Assembly: GCA_963737905.1 (NCBI GenBank)
Contig: CAVTUQ010000013.1
Coordinates: 1-64,000 of the forward strand
DNA: 64,000 nt
From: an uncultured delta proteobacterium
GTDB taxonomy: Bacteria; Desulfobacterota; Binatia; UBA9968
Direction of reading: 5' to 3'
A model generated the notes under the pieces. It made no database searches. It worked only from the letters and a program-made list of their open reading frames with translations, and was not told the origin of the DNA. Each line of letters opens with the position of its first letter. Positions within the stretch are counted from its first letter, which is position 1. The position numbers and the translations under genes were made by a program. This document shows positions 1 to 10,200 of this stretch, piece after piece.

Positions 1-209
1 GGCTCGCGCCGAGGAGTTGTACCGAAAGAGCGTGTAAAATCCCTTTCCCTGCTTTTCAATACGGTAAGCGAGATCACGCAGGCCCCACTCATCGACGTGA
101 GACACAGCGCCTTCCTGGCCTTCGACGACTTTCTTGAACCGCTCAATAAATTCTTTCATCCGGTTCCCTTTTCGGGATGAACCACAAAAAGAGTTTCATA
201 AAGTGCCAC
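1..209 (-). CDS. rpsF: 30S ribosomal protein S6 (5' part; runs off the window; one apparent frameshift)
   Basis: Manual translation gives MALYETLFVVHPEKG..MKEFIERFKKVVEGQEGAVSHVDEWGLRDLAYRIEK, containing the S6 WG.R.LAY.I motif. GTG start with GGAGG RBS; follows pth. Confidence 0.9.
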
Positions 210-280
210 AGTTCTTATACCCTCCACGATAGATTTTTTTTCTGTATCCTAATCATAGCGCCACAGCGTTTACAATAAAC

Positions 281-846
281 CTAGGGCGCCCGGTTAAACT
301 GCTCCATCGCCCGTTGTCCACCCTCCCGCAGCAAAGATATCACCGCCTCAGAGGCGCGCGAAACAACCTCGTCGAGTTGGTCGACCTCCTCGCGCGGTAA
401 AAGATTCCAACACGAAATCAACCGGCGTCTACACCCTCCGGAGGCCGCCCGATTCCGACGCGGACTCTGTAAACCGGGCTCCCCCTAGGTTTTCTATGAT
501 TGAAAGGACGCCGCGATGGCCGCCTGCCCCTCCCGTGGGCCGAATCCGTATGCGCCCAAACACCAAATCCAGATCATCATGGATCACCGTCAAATCTTCA
601 GGTGCCGATCGAAAAGGGTCGAGGAGAGCCTTGACCGAGTCTCCGCTACGGTTCATGTAGGTCTGGGGCTTGACCAGGAGAACCTTTTCTCCCTCGTTCG
701 ACCACTCCCCGACCATGGCATCGCAGAGCCTTTTTTTAACCGTAACCCGTTCCGCCGCGCCATCCGCTCGATGATGAAGACCCTAAATTATGCCGCGTAC
801 CCTCGTACTTCCTGCCGGGATTCCCGAGACCCACGACGAGTTTCAC
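281..846 (-). CDS. pth: Peptidyl-tRNA hydrolase (frameshifted, probably sequencing errors)
   Basis: MKLVVGLGNPGRKYEGTRHNLG from 846; KPQTYMNRSG, VIHDDLDL and GGAGGHRG in ORF 429-716; stop at 281-283. Confidence 0.92.
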
Positions 847-884
847 CAATCGATTCCTGAAGACCCTGACAAAGCAGGTGTGCC

Positions 885-1534
885 TCAGGACTCCTCGCCA
901 CCTTCCTTTTGCTCTTCTTCTGCCGCTGGCGCAACGACAGCGCCTTCAACCGGGGCCGCGGCCGGAGTCGGAGCCTCTTCGACCGACGGCGGCACGACCG
1001 TCACTAAGGCAAAATTCGTTTCATAGATGCGGCTACACCCTCAGTCATCTGCAAATCCTCGACGTGAACAGCATCCCCGATATCGAGGGCACTGACTTCG
1101 ACATTGAAAAACTCAGGTATGTCCATGGGTAAACATTCGACCTCGATTTCGCGCACGATGGTCTGCAGTATGCCGCCGCGGACAACGCCCACCGCTTTGC
1201 CCACAAAGTGAAGAGGCACACCCACCTGGATCTCGCCGTAAGGTCGACTTCGTAAAGATCCGTGTGGATAACCTGGTAATCGGATGATATTGCATCTCCT
1301 TAGCCAAAGCGACTTTGGCCGCCAATGCCGTAGATGCGGACTTCAACCGGACCAAATGCGACCCTTCGATTCCCGCCACACGGCTCGAAAATTCTTTTTT
1401 GTTAAGCTCCAAAGGAACCGGCGGAGTTTTGGGCCATATAGAACACCGGGGATCTTTCCGTCACGGCGCAACCGGCGAGCCTGGCGTTTGCTGCCGACTT
1501 CCCGCGGCTCGACTTGAATTTCTAACGTTTCCAA
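885..1534 (-). CDS. rplY: 50S ribosomal protein L25/Ctc, long form (frameshifted)
   Basis: ORF fragments 1343-1534 (ARRLRRDGKIPGVLYG), 1113-1412 and 1004-1225 (VPLHFVGKAVGVVRGG..IEVECLP.DIPE) join into L25; lies between prs and pth. Confidence 0.92.
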
Positions 1535-1571
1535 AAGAACTTACCTCCTATGGTTCGTTACTCGGAACCCT

Positions 1572-2525
1572 CTACACGAAAAGAGAGCTAATGGATTCTT
1601 CGTCGTGCGTCCGTCGAATCGCCTCGCCGATAAGATGAGCCACAGACAAAACTTTGATCTTGTGGCATCGTTGCGCGTCAGCCGCCAAAGGGACGGTGTT
1701 GGTAACAATCAACTCCTCCAGTGGCGATTCTTCGATTCGCTGGATCGCGGGCCCGGACAGCACGGGGTGCGTACAACAACCGAGAATCCTCCTAGCGCCC
1801 TCCCGCTTCAGCGCATCGGCAGCCAACGTGAGGGTGCCGGCGGTATCGATCATGTCATCGAGGAGGACCGCGATCTGATCCTTAACTTCACCGATAATGT
1901 TCATTTCCGCCACGACATTGGGGCCGACTCGCCGTTTATCAATGATCGCCAACGAGGCATCCAACCGCGTCGCAATCGCTCGTGCCCGCTCGACTCCGCC
2001 GGCATCCGGCGAAACGATCGTGACTTCATTATGATTCAGTTGTTTCTTCAAGTGTTGCAGCAAGACCGGCGTCGCATAGAGGTTATCAACGGGGATATCA
2101 AAAAATCCCTGAATTTGTCCCGAATGGAGATCGAGGGTCAGCATTCGAGAAGCTCCTGCGGTCGTAATCAAGTCGGCAACCAGTTTTGCGCTGATCGGGA
2201 CGCGCGGCACAACCTTGCGGTCCTGACGCGCATACCCATAGTAAGGGATGACCGCGGTTATCCGTTTTGCCGACGCCCGTTTGAACGCGTCCAACATGAG
2301 CAAAAGTTCCATCAAGTTGTTGTTCCCCGGAGCCGACGTGGATTGCAAAACAAATACATCTGCTCCGCGCACATTTTCCTTGATCTCGACCTTACTCTCA
2401 CCGTCACTGAAAGTCTCCACGACCGCTTTTCCCAACGGCACCTTGAGGTACTGGCTGATCTCCTCAGCCAGAGGAGGATTGGAATTCCCGGCAAAGATCT
2501 TTAGTTCGACAGCATGCTGGCTCAT
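1572..2525 (-). CDS. prs: Ribose-phosphate pyrophosphokinase
   Basis: FSDGE, PYYGYARQDRK, DLHSGQIQGFF, VSPDAGG and DDMIDTAGT motifs. Confidence 0.98.
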   Translation of the reverse strand: MSQHAVELKIFAGNSNPPLAEEISQYLKVPLGKAVVETFSDGESKVEIKENVRGADVFVLQSTSAPGNNNLMELLLMLDAFKRASAKRITAVIPYYGYARQDRKVVPRVPISAKLVADLITTAGASRMLTLDLHSGQIQGFFDIPVDNLYATPVLLQHLKKQLNHNEVTIVSPDAGGVERARAIATRLDASLAIIDKRRVGPNVVAEMNIIGEVKDQIAVLLDDMIDTAGTLTLAADALKREGARRILGCCTHPVLSGPAIQRIEESPLEELIVTNTVPLAADAQRCHKIKVLSVAHLIGEAIRRTHDEESISSLFV

Positions 2526-2614
2526 GGGCTCGAAACTATTCTTTCGTCACGGTTTTCGCAACCTGTGTTTTAGCCCGTCCTGCGATCAATCACTAGGGCG
2601 CGTCTACCAAAATG

Positions 2615-2646
2615 AGTGGCGCCGTTCGGCTACGAACGGCGCCACT
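2615..2646. terminator. Perfect 14-bp hairpin downstream of tRNA-Gln (terminator or processing stem)
   Basis: AGTGGCGCCGTTCG-gcta-CGAACGGCGCCACT; only a short T-run follows on the minus strand. Confidence 0.5.
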
Positions 2647-2694
2647 TGAAACCCGAGTTGATTCTACTTTCTTACTGGCTTGTAGCTAATAAAC

Positions 2695-2768
2695 TGGCTG
2701 GGCGGGAAGGATTCGAACCTTCGATACCGGATCCAAAGTCCGGGGCCTTACCACTTGGCGACCGCCCA
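2695..2768 (-). tRNA. tRNA-Gln(UUG)
   Basis: Cloverleaf TGGGCGG..CCGGA-CTTTGGA-TCCGG..GAAGG-TTCGAAT-CCTTC-CCGCCCA-G-CCA; usual position between ispE and prs. Confidence 0.97.
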
Positions 2769-2816
2769 CCCCGAACTCCTACAAGAGCAGTTCAACCGCT
2801 TTGGATTGGTGGCTGC

Positions 2817-3104
2817 TCATCCACTTCCAAGAGCCCTTTGGCTCCCCCCTTCGGCAACAACTTTCTGGTATTCCGCGATTATTTTCTCCTCGATCATCCT
2901 TCGAGTTTCGTTATTGATCGGATGAGCGATATCTTTGTAGGTCCCGTCTTTGCGTTTCTTGCTGGGCATCGATACGAAATACCCCGTAGTGCCGCGTATG
3001 ATCTTGAGGTCCCGGATCACAAAGCAGTGATCCAGCGTGATTGTTACGTAAGCCCTGAGTTTCTCTTCATCCACAGGAAAGACCCTAACCTCGGTAACCT
3101 GCAT
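2817..3104 (-). CDS. spoVG: SpoVG family protein
   Basis: MQVTEVRV..TLDHCFVIRDLKII..FVSMPSKKRKDGTYKDIAHPIN signature. Confidence 0.95.
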   Translation of the reverse strand: MQVTEVRVFPVDEEKLRAYVTITLDHCFVIRDLKIIRGTTGYFVSMPSKKRKDGTYKDIAHPINNETRRMIEEKIIAEYQKVVAEGGSQRALGSG

Positions 3105-3171
3105 AGGGACCTCCTCTTGACCAAGCCAGTTGCATAGCTGGCTGTTGATTTAACGGGCTTTTGCTATTTGC

Positions 3172-4038
3172 CTAATTTAAAACACGCACTAAAAAAGCCT
3201 GGACCTCCCTCGCTTTCCGCAACCGCCGAAACGCTCGCTCCGCGCTTCGCTTTGATTGAAAAACACCAAACACCGAAGAGCCACTTCCCGACATAAGAGT
3301 TCCAATGGCGCCCTGGCGAGCTAACTCTTCCTTGAGTACTCCGATGCGAGGATACCGCCCCATGGTAACCGTTTCGAGATCGCTGACGAGTAGTTTTCTG
3401 AGGTTTGCAGAACACCCCAGAGACAAATTAATGCTAGTATTTACAATAGCTTTTGTCAACTTAGGGGAGAGCTTCCTATATACCCACCTGGTTGAAACCG
3501 GGAAGCCTGGGTAGAGAATGACCAGCCAAAGTCGTGGCACTTCTCGCAGGGGGGTCAAACGTTCGCCGATTCCACGTGCACGGGCAGGGATGCCCCTGAT
3601 AAAGAATGGCACATCCGCACCTAGAGCGGATGATATTTTTTCCAGCCGCTTCAACGTGTACCCGAGGCGAAAGAGTCGATTCAGACCGACAAGTGTCGCT
3701 GCCGCATCCGTGCTGCCACCGCCCAACCCGGCCCCAACCGGAATTCGTTTGCGAATACGAATCTCTACAGACTCATCGATACCCTTCTCGTTCAATAGCA
3801 GTGAAGCGGCTTTGTAGGCCAGATTCTTTCTGCCCTGAGGAACCGACGGATTATCAGAACTCACCCTTAAGCGATCCCTTAGTGCGTTCTGATTTCCGCT
3901 TTTTCTCCCTTTTTCAATAATGATCTCATCGTAAAGCGATATCGGAAGCAAAAGGGTGTCGAGCAGGTGGTATCCATCCGCCCGCTTGCCCACCACGCGT
4001 AGCCATAGATTGATTTTCGCCGGTGCTCGAATCTTCAC
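3172..4038 (-). CDS. ispE: 4-diphosphocytidyl-2-C-methyl-D-erythritol kinase
   Basis: APAKINL, KRIPVGAGLGGGSTDAA, LGADVPFF and MSGSGS motifs. Confidence 0.97.
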   Translation of the reverse strand: MKIRAPAKINLWLRVVGKRADGYHLLDTLLLPISLYDEIIIEKGRKSGNQNALRDRLRVSSDNPSVPQGRKNLAYKAASLLLNEKGIDESVEIRIRKRIPVGAGLGGGSTDAAATLVGLNRLFRLGYTLKRLEKISSALGADVPFFIRGIPARARGIGERLTPLREVPRLWLVILYPGFPVSTRWVYRKLSPKLTKAIVNTSINLSLGCSANLRKLLVSDLETVTMGRYPRIGVLKEELARQGAIGTLMSGSGSSVFGVFQSKRSAERAFRRLRKAREVQAFLVRVLN

Positions 4039-4086
4039 GCGCCATTAGGTAACATAGCTTTTTCTCAATTGCGAAGGACGCCTTCA

Positions 4087-4893
4087 ATGACATCTGCGAT
4101 TCAGAATTTTATGTCGGTCGCATGGGAGGCGGCCACGGCCGCCGGCACTTTGATTCGCGAGCATTGGCAAAAACCGAAAAGTATCGATTACAAGGGCGCC
4201 ATCGACCTGGTCACTTCGGTGGATCGACAATCTGAGCAACTGATTGTCGAATTGTTACGGAACCATTTTCCAAACCATTCCATTCTGGCCGAGGAAGAAA
4301 CCAATTGGGTTGGCACCGAGGGCCGTCACCGCTGGATCATCGATCCACTGGATGGAACAACGAACTTTGCTCATAGTTACCCGCAGTTCTCTGTTTCCAT
4401 TGCCCTGGAATGCGACGGTGAAGTCATTCTAGGTTTGGTTTACGACCCCTTGCGAGGCGAGTGTTTCAGAGCAGTCAAAGGTGAAGGGGCTACTCTGAAC
4501 GGAAATTCTATACGAACTTCTGCTGTTAAGGAGTTGGACAAGGCGCTTCTCGCCACCGGCTTCCCTTATGATCAGCGTGAAAAAGCGGACTTCTATCTGA
4601 GCTTTTTCAAGGCGTTCATGACCCGCTCTCAAGGCATTCGGCGCAACGGCTCCGCAGCTCTGGATCTCTGCTATGTGGCCTGTGGTCGAATCGATGGCTT
4701 CTGGGAACTAAAGCTTCGCCCGTGGGATACTGCGGCTGGCGCCCTCATCGTGGAAGAAGCCGGCGGCAGGTTAAGCGAGCTGTCCGGGAAAAAGTTTTCT
4801 ATCTGGGGTGAGGAGACTCTCGCCTCCAACGGCGCTATTCACAATGAGATGGTTTCGGTAGCGACAGCCGCGGGTTCGTTGACTGGGCTCTAG
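4087..4893 (+). CDS. suhB: Inositol monophosphatase family protein
   Basis: DLVT.VD, WIIDPLDGTTNF, GSAALDLCYVA and WDTAAG motifs. Confidence 0.93.
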   Translation: MTSAIQNFMSVAWEAATAAGTLIREHWQKPKSIDYKGAIDLVTSVDRQSEQLIVELLRNHFPNHSILAEEETNWVGTEGRHRWIIDPLDGTTNFAHSYPQFSVSIALECDGEVILGLVYDPLRGECFRAVKGEGATLNGNSIRTSAVKELDKALLATGFPYDQREKADFYLSFFKAFMTRSQGIRRNGSAALDLCYVACGRIDGFWELKLRPWDTAAGALIVEEAGGRLSELSGKKFSIWGEETLASNGAIHNEMVSVATAAGSLTGL

Positions 4894-4917
4894 GCCAGTG
4901 ATAGAAAAACAATCCCT

Positions 4918-4992
4918 GCGCCCGTAGTGAAAAGGATATCACGAGGGTCTCCGGAACCCTAGGTCCGAGTTCGATTCTCGGCGGGCGCACCA
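4918..4992 (+). tRNA. tRNA-Arg(CCG)
   Basis: GCGCCCG..AGGGT-CTCCGGA-ACCCT..CCGAG-TTCGATT-CTCGG-CGGGCGC-A-CCA cloverleaf. Confidence 0.95.
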
Positions 4993-5377
4993 CCTCTCCT
5001 AATTGTGTCCCAAAAATTTGCGAAACTTGTTGTGAAAGCACCGGTAATCCAGTTTTTCACAGCGTTTCCTTTTTGGAAAATTAATTCAAGCCTAATCGAA
5101 ATGAAGCGTTCAATTCAATCCTGCGATGTGCATCGTCAGTTTGCCTTAGATACACTGCGGGCCAATAACTGGATACACCGCCAAAATGGCAGCGTTTACC
5201 GGATCTAATATCCTTGACAAGATCTTGGCAACCGGGTGATATTTCGAGCGGTCTCGTTTGTTGTGGGATCGAAAAAGAGAAAACGTGATACACGGCCAGA
5301 CATTCGGCAGTAGACGCTATACGTTAGGGGCGCGCAGTACCACAGTGGGGAATAATTGCACATTTCGATGTGTTAAG

Positions 5378-5415
5378 GACCGCCTTCGGCTGCCACTGAA
5401 CTCAAACGTTGAGGC
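5378..5415 (+). mobile_element. Right half of a degenerate integron attC (probable cassette start at G/TT 5408)
   Basis: CGCCTTCGGCTGCCACTGAACTCAAACGTTGAGGC resembles attC right ends. GTTGAGGCCGC is near-complementary to GCGGCTTAAC of the downstream attC. Confidence 0.5.
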
Positions 5416-5520
5416 CGCCTGAGGCAAAACAGGTGGCGATGACTCATACGACTGTTTACTCGCCATTCTTACGTAGTACACTGAGGGCGGCCGATTCAAC
5501 CTCGCAAGAGGATAAAACCA

Positions 5521-6669
5521 ATGAATCCCCTTCCACAGGTAGATTCCGAATTGGAACAGCGAGCGTCGTCCTCTCTGCTGGATGTGTTGATTCGCGCCAG
5601 TTTGATTGGCGTGCTGGCGGTGCTGTGCTACCAAGTCTTTTCGCCATTTCTGACGCTGATGGTCTGGTCAATCATCTTGGCGGTCACGTTGTATCCGTTG
5701 CACCAATGGCTCGCCCACAAGGTTGGCGGGAAGCAATGGCTCGCCTCGACTATTCTGGTGATCTTCGGTCTTTTGTTGATCATCACTCCGATGGCGTTGC
5801 TGATGAATTCGTTTGCCGACTCCGTCCGTCATTTTATCGACGCTGTGCAACAAAACACGCTGGCAATACCCGCCCCGCGAGAGGGCGTTGAGAAATGGCC
5901 GCTGGTTGGCAAGCAGATCCACGATGTCTGGTCGAAAGCTCATACCGACCTGCCCGGATTCGTGCGGAGCATGCAACCGAAGATCGGCGAATTGGCCCAG
6001 AAAGCAGTTGCTATGGTCGCAAGCATTGGCAGCGGCCTGTTGCTGTTTCTGGTCTCATTCCTCGTCGCCAGCATCCTTATGGCATACGGTGAATCAGGCG
6101 CGCGCGGCAGCCGGGCGATTTTCGTTCGTGTCGCTGGCGCCGCGAGAGGCGAGGCCCTCGCCAAACTCTCGACGGCAACCATCCGCGCCGTCGCGCTAGG
6201 CGTCATCGGCGTCGCCTTCATTCAGGCAATCCTCATCGGGTTGGCGCTGCTGCTCGCCGGCGTACCGGCGGCGGGCGTGTTGTCGGCCATCGCGCTCGTA
6301 TTGGGTATTGCCCAAGTGCCAGCCCTAATCGTCACGGTTCCAGTCATCATTTACATCTGGTCGAGTGGTGATTACGGCACCGCGGCGGCGATCACACATA
6401 CCATCATCCTGCTGTTGACCGGCATGGCTGACAACGTCTTGAAACCGCTGATGCTGGGTCGCGGCGTCGACGCGCCCATGCCGGTGATCCTGCTCGGCGC
6501 ATTGGGCGGTATGGCGAGCGGCGGAATTTTAGGAATGTTTGTCGGCGCGACGTTGTTGGCGCTTGGGTATCAAATCTTCATGGGTTGGATCGCCACCAGT
6601 CCAAACTCGGATCCGGCAGTGTCACAAAACGAAGAGACTGGACCGGGCAATATTGGGCCAAAAACTTAA
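5521..6669 (+). CDS. AI-2E family transporter (PerM/YdiK-like)
   Basis: Multi-TM 382 aa protein with DNVLKPLMLGRGVDAPMPVILLGALGG...GILGMFVG family motif. Confidence 0.9.
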   Translation: MNPLPQVDSELEQRASSSLLDVLIRASLIGVLAVLCYQVFSPFLTLMVWSIILAVTLYPLHQWLAHKVGGKQWLASTILVIFGLLLIITPMALLMNSFADSVRHFIDAVQQNTLAIPAPREGVEKWPLVGKQIHDVWSKAHTDLPGFVRSMQPKIGELAQKAVAMVASIGSGLLLFLVSFLVASILMAYGESGARGSRAIFVRVAGAARGEALAKLSTATIRAVALGVIGVAFIQAILIGLALLLAGVPAAGVLSAIALVLGIAQVPALIVTVPVIIYIWSSGDYGTAAAITHTIILLLTGMADNVLKPLMLGRGVDAPMPVILLGALGGMASGGILGMFVGATLLALGYQIFMGWIATSPNSDPAVSQNEETGPGNIGPKT

Positions 6670-6703
6670 AGCCGTGGCCGATGTTCGGACAGTTCGGTTA
6701 GCG

Positions 6704-6812
6704 GCTTAACAACTCATTCAACCGGAGCCCGCGATAGCTCTCTTTTCATGATTGCTCTTTGCCATAAACTTGGATGCTGCTCGCGCGGGCCCGGTTAATT
6801 CGGTCGTTATAC
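6704..6812 (+). mobile_element. Integron attC site
   Basis: R'' GCTTAAC (RYYYAAC) and R' GTTATAC (GTTRRRY with one deviation), with imperfect inner inverted repeat AACCGGAGCCCGCGA / TCGCGCGGGCCCGGTT; 109 bp, just after the AI-2E stop codon. Confidence 0.8.
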
Positions 6813-7247
6813 GGCTGGAGAGTAGTCGATTCCTCACGAGGCGCCCATGAAGAGGATCCAATAGATCATTATTACAGCAACCAACAAAAACTCATTCATC
6901 AGAACACTTCTCGTTGTCAGCTATCAATATTTTCTTGGCTGTGTTCCGCATATGGAGACGTAAAAGCACAAGAAATGCCAGCCAGCAGAAAAGCTGCTAT
7001 CTTGGTGTTTTCTTGCTGGGATGGACCATCCTGACATATAGTTGCGATGAAACATCCTCGAATATCACTTCATCCCGGAAAGTAAAATCTCCCGCTTAGC
7101 GGTTATCTTTACGTAGTAAGTTTGACAACCAAGTTTGTCGGGCTGAGAAATGACAAAGACCCTCGGCAGGTCGTGTGGTAGGTATGGGGACTACTAGCTA
7201 CCCTTACGTTGTTAAGGCGTTCTTGGTTAGTTAACGAGAGGACAAGC

Positions 7248-7637
7248 TCAGCTCTCCGTTAAAGTGGAAGCTGGTTGAAGGAGTGTACGTACTGCCTCTG
7301 TCAATTCGCTGCGAGAGATGGGCTTAATTAAATATTTCGCTACACCCGCTTTAAGCGCTTTAGTTTGCCATTCTCCAATTGTCATGGCGGTAAGTACTAC
7401 AATGGGAATGCCGGACGTAGCGGGATCTTGTTTGAGCACTACAGTCGCTTCCACCGCGGTCATATCTGGAAGGTATAGATCCGTTATGATGAGATCCGGA
7501 CGCTCGGCTAAAGCCTTACTTATTCCCTGCGTTAAATTTTTAGCCCGTGAGATTTCATACCCAGCATTAGTCAGGTAAAAAGCCAGAAGCTGCGATAAGT
7601 CGGAGTTGTCCTCCACTATAAGTATTTTTTGCGTCAT
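7248..7637 (-). CDS. Single-domain response regulator (CheY/DivK-like)
   Basis: ILIVEDN, PDLIITDLYLPDM, IVVLTA and YLIKPI motifs. Confidence 0.9.
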   Translation of the reverse strand: MTQKILIVEDNSDLSQLLAFYLTNAGYEISRAKNLTQGISKALAERPDLIITDLYLPDMTAVEATVVLKQDPATSGIPIVVLTAMTIGEWQTKALKAGVAKYLIKPISRSELTEAVRTLLQPASTLTES

Positions 7638-7866
7638 TGAGAGACTGTTTCATCGAGCAACCCTCTTGCCAGGACGCTTTCGCAGAGAACTGAGAGCTTC
7701 CACGATAACAGTTGCCCTGTCGAAGTTTCGTAGCTCGCCCAAAATATGGCGTGACAAAGGGCATCGAATTGAATCAGCTCCTTACCGTTTGACAATTTGG
7801 CTCAACGGACTGCCAAGTTGTCAGGGAGGTATGCTGCTAGCACCCTAGATTGTTTAGCTTTGCGTC

Positions 7867-8088
7867 GTGGTGTGCGTTTTGCTCTCTGGCATTAGCCTAG
7901 AGGGTGAGATGGTGACGACTGAGAACAAGCCAATACTGCGCCGGAAGTCGATGGAACTGCTCAAGGAGCTAACCCAGATTCTTCAGGAGATCATAGGTTC
8001 CGGCGACGAAGAGAGTTTTCGTCGGTTGGAAGAAACAATCCGCGCGATAGATGAGAGTCGCCGGAAACCTGGTCGTACACTTCACTGA
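7867..8088 (+). CDS. Small hypothetical protein (true start may be downstream)
   Basis: Helical ORF ending RKPGRTLH; GAGG RBS-like sequence before an internal start. Confidence 0.35.
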   Translation: MVCVLLSGISLEGEMVTTENKPILRRKSMELLKELTQILQEIIGSGDEESFRRLEETIRAIDESRRKPGRTLH

Positions 8089-8193
8089 GTTACTCTTCCT
8101 TTGCTCGCTCTTTTTATACTTATGGCTACGCTACCAATTCGCTTTGGTTACTGACCATCCCATTTATACAAAGAAATCCCGTAGGTACGAAGC

Positions 8194-8297
8194 GGGTGAC
8201 AGGTGACAGATAGTGACGCTGTTTTTGATAACTTCCCATAAACCATCTTCATAGGGGACTTTCTAAAATCTGCGTCATCTAGTGTCACCCGTCATCC
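8194..8297. repeat. Inverted iteron-like TGAC repeats flanking an AT-rich spacer
   Basis: GGGTGACAGGTGACAGATAGTGACGC ... GCGTCATCTAGTGTCACCCGTCATCC. Confidence 0.7.
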
Positions 8298-8350
8298 AAG
8301 CCTAAGCGTTAACCCACCAGTAAATCCGCTGGTTGCCCTAATTCCCCGAT

Positions 8351-8689
8351 GTGAATTTTCCGCTCGCTGTGGCCAAAACATACATTGTCAGCTTTCGCAG
8401 CCATAACGACGACCGGCCGTCGAAGTTCATCGTCCTAGCCGACAGTATGAAATCCGCCATCAACATGGCCTGGGAGCATCGGCGCATGGGTAAGACCACG
8501 ATTTACGAACGACGTGATAAATTCGACATTGAGTTCCTCTGGATTCAACTTGAGGACGTCATCGAGCACGGCAAAGAAAAGAATGCAAAAACGAAGGTCG
8601 AATTGCTGCAAAGAATCTATCAGTTTCTGGCCAAAACGATGCCAAAGAACAAGCAACAAAAGAAGCGATCAGCTCACGCTAAGTCGTAA
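8351..8689 (+). CDS. Hypothetical protein (possibly chimeric remnant)
   Basis: 112 aa ORF with no recognised motif and a basic C-terminus. Confidence 0.35.
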   Translation: MNFPLAVAKTYIVSFRSHNDDRPSKFIVLADSMKSAINMAWEHRRMGKTTIYERRDKFDIEFLWIQLEDVIEHGKEKNAKTKVELLQRIYQFLAKTMPKNKQQKKRSAHAKS

Positions 8690-8959
8690 AAGCGTTCGAT
8701 AATTTTTCCTGTCGTGGGTTAGTCTGTAAAGAGGTGGTGAAAGAACGAGCGAGAACCAAGCCTAGTTTCAAATCAGTGATCGAATTCTTTAAGTTGGCGG
8801 GGCTAGTCTGTAAATCTCTTCAGGGATTTTCGGGTCGTGGGTGTCGGCAAATTCCGCGCTAACTCATCCATTTTTTGTTCTAACTCTTGGCGGATCATTG
8901 GTGACGGCATATCACCGGGCTTGACGACTGCGCAAGGCTTGAGTTTTAGTCCGATGAGT

Positions 8960-9142
8960 TCATCGTTTTTCTATCGCTTCGCAAGACTCTCTCGATGGTT
9001 CCTGCAGAAAATAAGAGCGATGACGCAGACCGCATTCATAAACGACTAGTCGGTATCTCGCTATTTTTTTGGCTTCGAAGTCGACCTGGGTCAGCGGGAG
9101 ACCACACTCTTTGCCTTCAACAAACACTGGGCAGTTCTGCAT
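8960..9142 (-). CDS. Small Cys/His-containing hypothetical protein
   Basis: MQNCPVFVEGKECG...YECGLRHR; strong AAGGAAGGTG RBS upstream. Confidence 0.55.
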   Translation of the reverse strand: MQNCPVFVEGKECGLPLTQVDFEAKKIARYRLVVYECGLRHRSYFLQEPSRESCEAIEKR

Positions 9143-10032
9143 ATCACCTTCCTTTACTTTACTTTGATAATTCCATTGATGGGCAATTCTAATGCCATAT
9201 CACCGAGTCAGGCTAATTTAGTGCAAGTCTGCGAATCAACAGAGATTGTTTACGACAAGAACGTGGTCAACTTTTCAGCTAACGATAGGCAGTGTGCCCG
9301 CCGTCTACAGGAGGTGTGCACAAGGTTATCACTCATCTATTTTGCTCTAGTCTCTTTGCGGGCTGGATTCTGGTGGGGATGTGTTAACGGAGTTTATGAA
9401 AGCGGTGAAAGAAGGAGCCCCACCGCGCGACATCTCCGACGTTGGGGGAACGCTGAAGCTGGCGGTTCTCGCTCACATTGGAAAAAATTAAATTTCAAAA
9501 ATTTTTGCTTGTGGGCTCCTGGGAAAGCTGAGGGGCGCGAAATCACGAAATTTAAATGCCGGGGGGCCGGGCTGGGCGCAGCGATCGGCGCGCGAGACAA
9601 CCTTGCCGCGTTTCTCGCCGGCGATCACCGCCTTCCGTCGGCCTAAACCAAGGGCCTTTCATCCTCCCACTTGGCGATGTTGGAGAAGGTGTTTCCTGAA
9701 AACTCTCTACCATTCATCGTTCTCCTGATCCGCGCGGCGTTCCCTTGGGGGAGAGGCCGTGCCAGAGAGCAACCGCAAGTCATAGGTACACGTTAGGTAC
9801 TGGGCTTTTTAACTTGCGGCTTTAGCGCAGGTTTCTGAACCTGATCAAATTCGGTATCTGAGGGTTCGGCGTCTATATTTGCGCCTCACATTCGATTGAG
9901 GCGCCGTTCAATTCAATCTCAGGCTGATCCTGGCCTTCCCACTCGACGAATACCTGTCGCCTTCCGCCGTGTAAATCACACTTTCCTTTATCTCTATCCG
10001 CGTGATACGTAACGCTCCAAACGAGGTGCGCA

Positions 10033-10200
10033 ATGAAGAAGGCTTCGGTGCCATCCATCGTGCTTGCAGTGATATTGCTTGCTGTTGGAGTGAGAGCCGA
10101 GGCGCAGCAGGCGAAGAAAATACACCGCATAGGCTACCTATATCTCGGCCTCGGAATTCAGCCTGGCAAAGAAGCATTCCGGCAAAGTCTCCACAAGCTA
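10033..10200 (+). pseudogene. Truncated ABC substrate-binding protein (ABC_sub_bind-like N-terminus)
   Basis: Signal peptide plus AEAQQAKKIHRIGYL..EAFRQSL, then the similarity stops. Confidence 0.7.

Noticed and set aside
1-1534. Frameshifts in rpsF, pth and rplY as pseudogenisation or programmed frameshifting
   Set aside because: Core genes with multiple scattered indels, clustered at one end of the window; sequencing or assembly error is far more likely.
1605-2504. Long antisense ORFs (also 19819-21048, 28833-29900, 30247-31308, 58643-59482)
   Set aside because: Shadow frames of well-supported genes in GC-rich DNA; no motifs.
9478-9575. Phage cos/pac-like A/T-tract plus GGGGGGCCGGG segment
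   Set aside because: Only a compositional resemblance; no terminase or HNH gene nearby.
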